In this document: piece by piece, positions 57,500 to 64,000 of the stretch | How positions within the stretch are numbered: the first letter of the stretch is position 1 | How the letters are laid out: each line of letters opens with the position of its first letter | Source of the DNA: Bacilli bacterium | GTDB lineage: Bacteria > Bacillota_I > Bacilli_A > RF39 > UBA660 | Reading direction: 5' to 3' | Assembly: GCA_017442305.1 (NCBI GenBank) | Contig: JAFRZY010000004.1 | Span: forward strand, 24,590-88,589 | DNA length: 64,000 bases | Position numbers and translations under genes: made by a program | Notes under the pieces: generated by a model | Told to the model about the DNA's origin: nothing | What the model saw: the letters and a program-made list of their open reading frames with translations, nothing else | The model's database searches: none

Positions 57500-58284
57500 A
57501 GAAATTATTAAAATATGATTTAAAAAATGTTTTTAAAGTATTAGTTGTATTTTATGCATTATCATTATTTTTTGCATTACTAACCAGAATATTTTTAAGT
57601 GTTGATAATTCATTTGTTATAAACATTATAGGTAAAGTATGTAGTGGTACAACTATTGCGATGATATTTAATATATTAATAAATAATTTAATGCGATTAT
57701 GGGTAAGATTTAAACAAAATTTTTATGGTGATGAATCGTATCTTACTCATACATTACCAGTATCTAAAAAGAACTTATACATCTCAAAAATATTAGCATC
57801 GGTTATATCTTTATTTATAAGTTTTATTGTTATATGCGCAACTTTATTTATTGCATATTACTCTAAAGAAAATATTAACACTGTTAAAAATTTATTATTG
57901 CCTCTTGCATCTATTTATGAAAGCACTGTTATAAAATTAATAATAGCTTTTATATTGGTATTTTTCTTGGAAATAATGAATATGTTAGAATCTGGGTATG
58001 CTGGATTAGTTTTAGGACATAAGAAAAACACTAATAAAATAGCATACAGTATTTTCTTTGGATTTGGTGTTTATATATTGACTCAAATATTTACTATTTT
58101 ATTGGTTTTTATTGCAGCTTTATTTAATAAAGATTTAATGAATTTATTTTATACAGTGGAAATTTTAAATGTTGATGTTATTAAATATTGTATATATTTA
58201 GCTATTATTATTTATTCTCTAAATATTGCTATTCTCTATATAATTAATTTAAAACTATTTAGCAAAGGAGTTAATGTAGATTAA
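57493..58284 (+). CDS. ABC-2-like integral membrane protein (permease partner)
   Basis: Six predicted TM helices. It overlaps the ATPase gene by 7 nt. No specific motif. Confidence 0.6.
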   Translation: MLKKLLKYDLKNVFKVLVVFYALSLFFALLTRIFLSVDNSFVINIIGKVCSGTTIAMIFNILINNLMRLWVRFKQNFYGDESYLTHTLPVSKKNLYISKILASVISLFISFIVICATLFIAYYSKENINTVKNLLLPLASIYESTVIKLIIAFILVFFLEIMNMLESGYAGLVLGHKKNTNKIAYSIFFGFGVYILTQIFTILLVFIAALFNKDLMNLFYTVEILNVDVIKYCIYLAIIIYSLNIAILYIINLKLFSKGVNVD

Positions 58285-58311
58285 AAAAAGCAGATGATTA
58301 TCTGCTTTTTA
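58283..58311. terminator. bidirectional terminator between the ABC operon and the pspC-like gene
   Basis: GCAGAT-gatt-ATCTGC flanked by an A-run and a T-run. Confidence 0.75.
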
Positions 58312-58509
58312 TTATTTTGCAATACTAGATTCTGATGGCATTATGATTGCAGCCAAAATATAAGCAAATATTCCAGCAGCAACGCAAGAAAATAAAATCC
58401 ATCCCAATCTAACAAGTGTAGAGTCAATATCGAAATATTCAGCAATACCACCACATACACCACATATTTTTTTATTTTTTTCTGATTTATAAAGTTTCTT
58501 TTTTTCCAT
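58312..58509 (-). CDS. PspC-domain membrane protein
   Basis: KLYKS...K.ICGVCGGIAEYFDIDSTLVRLGWIL followed by a TM helix; 65 aa. RBS GGAGGT. Confidence 0.85.
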   Translation of the reverse strand: MEKKKLYKSEKNKKICGVCGGIAEYFDIDSTLVRLGWILFSCVAAGIFAYILAAIIMPSESSIAK

Positions 58510-58668
58510 AAAATACCTCCATCTAACTTTAGTTTAGCACATGATTTTGAAAAAACAAATATAAATTTGCTTTTATAAACAATTTGTGTTAAAATTATTG
58601 AGTCGGACTAAATTCACAATAAAAATGTTTTAATTAACATAAAATGAATAATAAGAGGCTGTATATAA

Positions 58669-59205
58669 ATGAAAAATAATTACGAATACTATAGATTAGC
58701 AGGAAATATATTGTCAAACAATTATTTCTTAGAATTAAAAAAAGATAACCATCATGGAACTAATAAATATGATCACTGTAAGAGAGTATCTTATGTTAGT
58801 TTTTTGTTTGCTAAAATATTTAAAGCGGATTGTAAAGAGGTTGTAAGAGCGGGATTGCTTCATGATTTTTTCTTTGGTGAAAGAACTGAAAAAGAAGAAA
58901 ATTCTTATCTTAATCATCCTCACACTAGCGCAATAAATGCTAAAAAATATTTTAATATAACTGATAAAGAAGCAAGTGATATAAGAACTCATATGTTTCA
59001 TCATGTTTTAGTAAAAAAAATATTTCCTTTTGTTAATTACAAAGAAAAGGCCAAAATTAAGGATAATAGACCTCGCAGTAAAGAAGCAACAATTATTTGT
59101 TTATCAGACTTGTTAGTATCTGTTTATGAATTCGAAAAATATAGATTAAGATATGGAATTAGTTTGACTTTCTTATTTCTTATTAATTTGTTAACAATAC
59201 AATAA
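58669..59205 (+). CDS. HD-domain phosphohydrolase-like protein
   Basis: H...H.KRVS and LLHDFF (HD) motifs, later HPHTS/H..HH histidines and a hydrophobic C-terminus. Confidence 0.65.
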   Translation: MKNNYEYYRLAGNILSNNYFLELKKDNHHGTNKYDHCKRVSYVSFLFAKIFKADCKEVVRAGLLHDFFFGERTEKEENSYLNHPHTSAINAKKYFNITDKEASDIRTHMFHHVLVKKIFPFVNYKEKAKIKDNRPRSKEATIICLSDLLVSVYEFEKYRLRYGISLTFLFLINLLTIQ

Positions 59206-59227
59206 AGAACTTCGGTTCTTTTTTTTA
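59204..59227 (+). terminator. rho-independent terminator after the HD gene
   Basis: AAAGAAC-ttcg-GTTCTTT followed by a T-run. Confidence 0.75.
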
Positions 59228-59255
59228 TGATAATATTATGATAAAATAAAGCTAT

Positions 59256-59332
59256 GTCCCAGTACCTCAGTAGGATAGAGGGTTCGCCTCCTAAGCGAAA
59301 CGTCGTAGGTTCGATTCCTATCTGGGACGCCA
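59256..59332 (+). tRNA. tRNA-Arg (anticodon CCU), CCA encoded
   Basis: Folded by hand. Acceptor GTCCCAG/CTGGGAC, D arm CCTC/GAGG, anticodon arm TTCGC-CTCCTAA-GCGAA, variable ACGTC, T arm GTAGG-TTCGATT-CCTAT, discriminator G and CCA; 77 nt. Confidence 0.93.
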
Positions 59333-59454
59333 TGTGTTTTAATCTTACTAAATGTAAGTTTATAGAAAAAGGGCTTTTTTATAAATGGTGGTTACTATAA
59401 ATTTAATTAGTATAATGAGTTATAATTTTCAACTATCATTGTTGATAAAGTAAC

Positions 59455-59486
59455 AAAAAAATTATCCTTAATGGATAATTTTTTAT
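59455..59486. terminator. bidirectional terminator at the 3' end of the M18 aminopeptidase gene
   Basis: ATTATCC-ttaat-GGATAAT flanked by an A-run and a T-run. Confidence 0.7.
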
Positions 59487-60787
59487 TTTTTACAATCTTT
59501 TAAAGTAATACTTGCATTATCATTTTTTATAAGTATGTCATAAAATTTTTTAAATGCTTTATAAAGATAATAAGTGTCATCGCTGCCCATAAGCTCGTTA
59601 GCAGAATGCATTGCAAGTTGAGGTAATCCAACATCTATTGAATCTATACTTACATGTCTTATACTAAGTCCAGAAAGTGTTGAACCGGTTGTCATGTCAT
59701 TTCTAGAAACGTAATCTTGAAATGGCACTTTTGCTTTTTTACAAATTTCTTTAAAAATTGAAGAAGATATACTGTCTGTTGTTGTGTCTTTCTCTCTTAT
59801 AATTAATATTCCGTCATTTAAAAAGCCTTGGTTTGTAACATCACTTTTATTAGGGTGGTTGGGATGTACAGCGTGCGAGTTATCGGCGCTAATAATGAGT
59901 GAGTTATGAAGAGCAATCGATATATCAAAATTAACAGCTGCACTTATTCTTTTTAAAGTATCCATTAAAAAACTTGAATCCGCTCCTTCTTTTGTTAAAC
60001 TACCGATTTCTTCACTGTTAAAAATACACATAATATTAATATTATCACTATTATCGCTTTCGATAAAACTTTCTAATGTTGCAAAAGTACAACTTAAGTC
60101 ATCAATTCGAGGTGACAAAATTAATTCATTATTAGTTCCAATATAAATTGGCTTATCTTTACAATACAAAAACAAATCATAATCACATATTGTGCTAGAA
60201 GGATTTAGGTTTAAATGTTTTCTTATTATATTTTTAACAATATCTTTTTCATCACTTAATCCTATTATTGGGATTAAATCAATTTGTGTATTTAAATCTA
60301 AATTTGTATTTGCACTATCATTTTGGTGAATTGCTTCACTCGGAATTACACATATCGGTTCATTTAAATCTATTATTTCCTTTTTATATTTATTTCCCTG
60401 TTTATAAATAACTCTACCAGCTATCCCAAGTGGTCGATCCATAAAGCCATAATTAAGAATTCCACCGTAAGGCATTACGTTAAGTTTTAGATAATTATAT
60501 TCATATATTTCATTTTTGGGTTTTAAACTAAAACCCGGAGTATCGCTATGTGCACATATTATGTTAAAACTTTCACTGTGCTTTTTTCCAATTGTAAATG
60601 CGATAATTGATGCATCATTTCTAACAACAAAATATTTTCCGGCTTTAAATTCCCATTTTTCATTTTCATATAATTCGGAATATCCGTTGTTAAATAGTTT
60701 GTTTTTTATAATTTCAATACAAGTAAAAGAACATGTAGCATTTTTTATAAATTCAAATAAATTATTGTTAAAAGTTTTTTTAATCAT
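59483..60787 (-). CDS. M18-family aminopeptidase (aspartyl aminopeptidase-like)
   Basis: N-terminal FIKNATCSF...GYSEL.E.EKW....GKYFVVRNDASIIAF and AHSDTPGFSLKP. The later metal-ligand contexts SEEIGS and HSA fit M18; 434 aa. Confidence 0.8.
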   Translation of the reverse strand: MIKKTFNNNLFEFIKNATCSFTCIEIIKNKLFNNGYSELYENEKWEFKAGKYFVVRNDASIIAFTIGKKHSESFNIICAHSDTPGFSLKPKNEIYEYNYLKLNVMPYGGILNYGFMDRPLGIAGRVIYKQGNKYKKEIIDLNEPICVIPSEAIHQNDSANTNLDLNTQIDLIPIIGLSDEKDIVKNIIRKHLNLNPSSTICDYDLFLYCKDKPIYIGTNNELILSPRIDDLSCTFATLESFIESDNSDNINIMCIFNSEEIGSLTKEGADSSFLMDTLKRISAAVNFDISIALHNSLIISADNSHAVHPNHPNKSDVTNQGFLNDGILIIREKDTTTDSISSSIFKEICKKAKVPFQDYVSRNDMTTGSTLSGLSIRHVSIDSIDVGLPQLAMHSANELMGSDDTYYLYKAFKKFYDILIKNDNASITLKDCKK

Positions 60788-60899
60788 AAAATCGCCTCTT
60801 TATTATTATGCTAAAAAAATAATAATTTATTATAGTCTTTTATAATTGACTAAAATATATGTATAGCATATAATGTAAAGAGCTTAAAGGAGAATGAAT

Positions 60900-61775
60900 A
60901 TGGATACGGAAAAAGAAAAAATGTCTTTAGGAGTTAAAGTATCAGTAATTACAATAATAGCTAATGCAATTTTAGCATTTTTTAAATTTGTAGCAGGTAT
61001 TATTGGTAATAGTAACGCAATGATTTCTGATAGTGTACATTCTTTTTCTGATGTCTTAAGTACTATTATTGTTATAATTGGCTTAAAAATATCAGGCAAA
61101 CAGGCTGATAATGAACATCCATATGGCCACGAACGAATGGAATGTATAGCAGCTTTTATTTTAGCCTCAATGCTATTTGTTACGGGAATAATTATTGGAA
61201 TTGAAGGGGTTAAAAACATTTTTAATTCCTCTAATATTGCAAAGCCAACCTTAATAGCGTTAATAGCATCGCTAGTATCAATTTTGGTAAAAGAGTTAAT
61301 GTATTGGTACACAATTTTTTATGCAAAAAAAATAAAATCAGAAGCTCTAAAAGCCGATGCTTGGCATCATCGTAGTGATGCATTCTCTTCTGTTGGTAGT
61401 TTAATAGGTGTTGCGGGCTCTATGTTAGGTATTAAAATTTTTGATTCAATTGCAAGTATCATTATTTGTGGTTTTATTATTAAGGTTTCATATGATATTT
61501 TTAAAGATTCACTTAATAAAGTAGTAGATCATTCTTGCAATGAAGAAACAATTAACCAGATAAAAAAACAAGCATTTAAAATCGACGGTGTTTTAGATGT
61601 TGATATGATTAAAACTAGAATATTTGGTAACAAAATATATATTGATTTAGAAATAAGTGCAGATAAAAATATTACTTTAGAAAGTGCTCATAAAATTGCC
61701 CATAAAGTTCATGACAAGATTGAAGAGCAGTTTAAGGAAGTTAAACATTGCATGGTTCATGTAAATCCTAGATAA
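60900..61775 (+). CDS. cation diffusion facilitator (CDF) family metal efflux transporter
   Basis: HSFSDVLS and HHRSDAFSS metal-site motifs on TM2 and TM5, six TM helices and a C-terminal cytoplasmic domain. I prefer the ATG at 60900 (7 nt after AAAGGAG) over 60894. Confidence 0.85.
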   Translation: MDTEKEKMSLGVKVSVITIIANAILAFFKFVAGIIGNSNAMISDSVHSFSDVLSTIIVIIGLKISGKQADNEHPYGHERMECIAAFILASMLFVTGIIIGIEGVKNIFNSSNIAKPTLIALIASLVSILVKELMYWYTIFYAKKIKSEALKADAWHHRSDAFSSVGSLIGVAGSMLGIKIFDSIASIIICGFIIKVSYDIFKDSLNKVVDHSCNEETINQIKKQAFKIDGVLDVDMIKTRIFGNKIYIDLEISADKNITLESAHKIAHKVHDKIEEQFKEVKHCMVHVNPR

Positions 61776-61826
61776 TTTTCGATGAATTGTGATATAATGA
61801 AAAAGACAAATATAGAAGGTGAAATA

Positions 61827-62162
61827 ATGGAAAATAAAAACGTGAAATACTATAATGAAAATGCCGAATTAGAAGGAGAAATTCATAATTTAGTAGGTGA
61901 GCATTTTATTAAATCAAATTTGACAAGCGAAAAAAAGAAAAATAATAAAAATTTTGGAATTAAAATGATTTTAGCAACAATATTATTTATAATATTAGGA
62001 TTGTTTTTAATATTCTTGGCTTTAAAAAATAAAAATTTTGTTGTTATAAAGGTTATAGGCGCCATTCTATGTTTTTGTTTAAGCTTTGGTTTTGGAGTAG
62101 TTGCTCATGCGGTGTTAGTTCCGCCTAAAAATGTTAACTATTTTAGTAATAATGATAAATAA
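61827..62162 (+). CDS. small two-TM membrane protein, unknown function
   Basis: The ATG at 61827 follows GAAGGTGA. It has two hydrophobic helices and no motif. Confidence 0.35.
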   Translation: MENKNVKYYNENAELEGEIHNLVGEHFIKSNLTSEKKKNNKNFGIKMILATILFIILGLFLIFLALKNKNFVVIKVIGAILCFCLSFGFGVVAHAVLVPPKNVNYFSNNDK

Positions 62163-62214
62163 TTATATAAGTTGATTTAAACTATGAATGAATAACAAAC
62201 TTATATAAGTTTCC

Positions 62215-62288
62215 GCCGATTTAGTTTAGTGGTAAAACAGATGCATGGTAAGCATCAGAGGACTGTTCAATTCAGTCATTCGGCACCA
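62215..62288 (+). tRNA. tRNA-Thr (anticodon GGU), CCA encoded
   Basis: Folded by hand. Acceptor GCCGATT/ATTCGGC (one U-U mismatch at 6:67), D arm GTTT/AAAC, anticodon arm GATGC-ATGGTAA-GCATC, T arm GACTG-TTCAATT-CAGTC, discriminator A and CCA; 74 nt. Confidence 0.85.
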
Positions 62289-62299
62289 TCTAAAAAAGA

Positions 62300-62327
62300 A
62301 AAAAGATAGTTTAGCTATCTTTTTTTA
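62300..62327. terminator. bidirectional terminator (tRNA-Thr / convergent kinase gene)
   Basis: AGATAG-tttag-CTATCT flanked by an A-run and a T-run. It contains the stop codon of the minus-strand gene. Confidence 0.7.
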
Positions 62328-63474
62328 TTCTATTTAATGTCATTATATCAGTATTATGTAATCCGCATAGTGCGTTTACGTAAGCATCAATCTCTGCTAA
62401 TTTTTTATCAATATCAATTAATAAAGTATACTGATTAACAAATCTATCGCAATTGTGATTTGGGTATTTGATTTTAAAATAGGTGTCACCATTAATATAA
62501 TCGGTTAAAAAACGCAACGCTAATTCATATGTTAATGTTTTAATTGATAGACCAATATAAGCAATTTCTTCTTTTTCTAAATAAGGTGCCATTTCTTCTA
62601 AATAACCTTTTAAATAATGTTTAGTTAATTCAAGATTTAAGAATATTTTATCGTGATCAAGTTCATCTTCAAAAGAATTAGAACAAGCTGAGCGAATTCC
62701 GTCTCCGATATCAAATAGAAAAGATCCTGGCATAACTGTATCTAAATCAATAACTGCGATTCCTTCATTAGTATTTTTGTCTATTAAAATATTATTTAAT
62801 TTTGTATCATTATGAGTGACGCGAATAGGGATCGTTTTGCCTAAAGAATTCCAAATTATTGAACATTCTTTAATTTTAGAGATTAAAGAAACTATTTCAT
62901 CAGAATGTTGAAAGGCTCTGTTAGTCACATTATTTTCGATACTTAATAATAAATCATTAAAACGATTTGGCGTATTATGAAAGTTTGGTATTGTTTCTAC
63001 GAGCATGCTAGTTGGAAAATCTATTAATAATTTGTGAAAAAAGCCAAAAGTTTTTCCGGCGTTATAGGCAATCTCTTCTTGATTAGCGCGACAACAATCA
63101 AAATTATCATAAGAAATACAATTTTCTATGTATTCATATACCCGATAATATTCTTTTTCACCATCACCATTTATAAAAGTAAACATATTTTCGTTGTTTT
63201 GGGTTTTAATTACATTTAAAGTTTTATGTTTAGTATCGTTCATAGCTTCTAGCTTTCTTTTAATATGTTCAGTTATCAAGTCTATATTACGCATAACTAA
63301 ATAAGGCTCTTTAAATACGTTTGCGTTTATTTTTTGCATTAAATATTTTTTTCCGTCCTCAAAAACTAATAAGTAAGTAGAATTGATATTTCCTTGATTA
63401 TTTTCCTCTATACTAGCTATTTTGCTTTTGAATTGAAATTCTCCAGCAATTCGTTTGATTTTTATATTATCCAT
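62311..63474 (-). CDS. APH/ChoK-fold phosphotransferase (N-acetylhexosamine 1-kinase-like)
   Basis: Catalytic loop HNDTKLNNILID and the metal-binding IDLDT motif; 387 aa. RBS AAGGTGG. Confidence 0.7.
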   Translation of the reverse strand: MDNIKIKRIAGEFQFKSKIASIEENNQGNINSTYLLVFEDGKKYLMQKINANVFKEPYLVMRNIDLITEHIKRKLEAMNDTKHKTLNVIKTQNNENMFTFINGDGEKEYYRVYEYIENCISYDNFDCCRANQEEIAYNAGKTFGFFHKLLIDFPTSMLVETIPNFHNTPNRFNDLLLSIENNVTNRAFQHSDEIVSLISKIKECSIIWNSLGKTIPIRVTHNDTKLNNILIDKNTNEGIAVIDLDTVMPGSFLFDIGDGIRSACSNSFEDELDHDKIFLNLELTKHYLKGYLEEMAPYLEKEEIAYIGLSIKTLTYELALRFLTDYINGDTYFKIKYPNHNCDRFVNQYTLLIDIDKKLAEIDAYVNALCGLHNTDIMTLNRIKKDS

Positions 63475-63594
63475 TTAAACCACCTTAGTTACAATTATAT
63501 CAAAAATATATCTTTTTACAATTCTATAAAAAAACAGTATTTTTATTTGATTAATTTTATAATTCATTATAAAATAAAAATGAAGGTGATCTAT

Positions 63595-64000
63595 ATGAAA
63601 ACAATATATCCATTAATTCATAAATTTCGTAGTAGTTTTGGTGGCGGAATTGCATGGCGACTAAAAAAACATTCGGAAGTAGTTGAAAAGCATTTGAATC
63701 CAGGAGAAGAAGTGTTATATGCTTTTTGCGGACAAAAGAATTCCGGCCCATTTGAATGGTTTGACACCTATGTTGCAGTTATTACTACCAAAAGAATGTT
63801 ATTTGGTCACAAAAATTTATTATGGGGTTATGTCTTGAGCTCTGTAACACCTGATATGTATAACGACTTACAAGTTTTTCAAGGCTTATTGTGGGGAAAA
63901 ATCAGAATAGATACGGTTAAAGAACTAATTATTTTAACAAACTTGCCTAAGAACAGTTTAGATGATATTGAAACAAATATTTCTGAATATATGATGGAAC
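63595..64000 (+). CDS. PH-domain-like (bacterial PH/YokE-like) protein, 3' end outside window
   Basis: The ORF was hand-translated from the ATG at 63595 (RBS GAAGGTGA): MKTIYPLIHKFRSSFGGGIAWRLKKHSEVVEKHLNPGEEVLYAFCGQK...VAVITTKRMLFGH... It is open to the window end and absent from the ORF track. The family call is tentative. Confidence 0.5.
   Translation, partial: MKTIYPLIHKFRSSFGGGIAWRLKKHSEVVEKHLNPGEEVLYAFCGQKNSGPFEWFDTYVAVITTKRMLFGHKNLLWGYVLSSVTPDMYNDLQVFQGLLWGKIRIDTVKELIILTNLPKNSLDDIETNISEYMME

Noticed and set aside
59124-59333. 69-aa minus-strand ORF (MASQIGIEPTTFRLGG...)
   Set aside because: It is the antisense translation of tRNA-Arg(CCU) and the adjacent terminator. The IEPTT/FRLGG peptide is the classic signature of a translated tRNA T-arm.
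59380-59450. 22-codon ORF (MVVTINLISIMSYNFQLSLLIK) between tRNA-Arg and the aminopeptidase gene
   Set aside because: It has no Shine-Dalgarno sequence, and I cannot check conservation. It is probably non-coding spacer.
54871-59482. Possible prophage or integrative island at ssrA / tRNA-Arg
   Set aside because: No integrase, recombinase, phage structural genes or duplicated tmRNA/tRNA 3'-end repeats are visible. It is kept only as an accessory-islet observation.
1-64000. CRISPR arrays, tandem or interspersed repeats, IS elements and rRNA
   Set aside because: Reading through all intergenic regions showed only terminator hairpins, promoters, one T-box, one tmRNA and two tRNAs. There are no spaced direct repeats or transposase-like ORFs.
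1-64000. Alternative genetic code (UGA=Trp, as in Mollicutes)
   Set aside because: UGA terminates well-conserved genes at the expected length (spo0A at 17719-17721, the yitT-like gene at 6916-6918). Conserved Trp positions use TGG.

Overview
The window is strongly AT-rich and uses the standard genetic code: UGA is a stop (for example at the ends of spo0A and the yitT-like gene) and Trp is TGG. Gene content and order point to a low-GC Bacillota (Firmicutes) chromosome from a spore-forming lineage, since Spo0A and a GerQ-like coat protein are present. I cannot place it more precisely without a database search.

Almost everything is core housekeeping:
- Cell-wall and division genes: LysM-M23 peptidase, ftsE, ftsX and a coiled-coil M23 peptidase.
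- whiA and clpP.
- A glycolytic cluster (gap, pgk, tpiA, gpmI) with spo0A inserted.
- A complete S10-spc-alpha ribosomal protein supercluster, rpsJ to rplQ, including secY, adk, map, infA, rpmJ and rpoA.
- A T-box-controlled pheST operon.
- uvrA, lgt, trxB, cysS, uvrB and pepT.
- tmRNA, tRNA-Arg(CCU) and tRNA-Thr(GGU).
- A small accessory stretch of envelope-stress-type genes: a DUF4097 protein, a YtrA-type GntR/ABC module and a PspC-domain protein.

I saw no CRISPR array, transposase, integrase, rRNA or defence-island signature, and I cannot honestly claim a clearly novel multi-gene system.

The best candidates for undescribed biology are:
1. An orphan coiled-coil protein of about 630 aa with a translationally coupled 81-aa partner. 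They sit where ecf/truA/rplM/rpsI normally follow rplQ.
2. spo0A embedded in the glycolytic cluster.
3. A tmRNA whose predicted tag ends in AFA (Mollicutes-like) although clpP is present.
4. Lineage-specific changes in the ribosomal protein cluster: no rpmD, an acidic L3 tail and a replaced L24 C-terminus.
5. A Fic-fold protein with a degenerate active site.
6. Several orphan ORFs.

All family assignments come from motifs read by eye. No searches were run.
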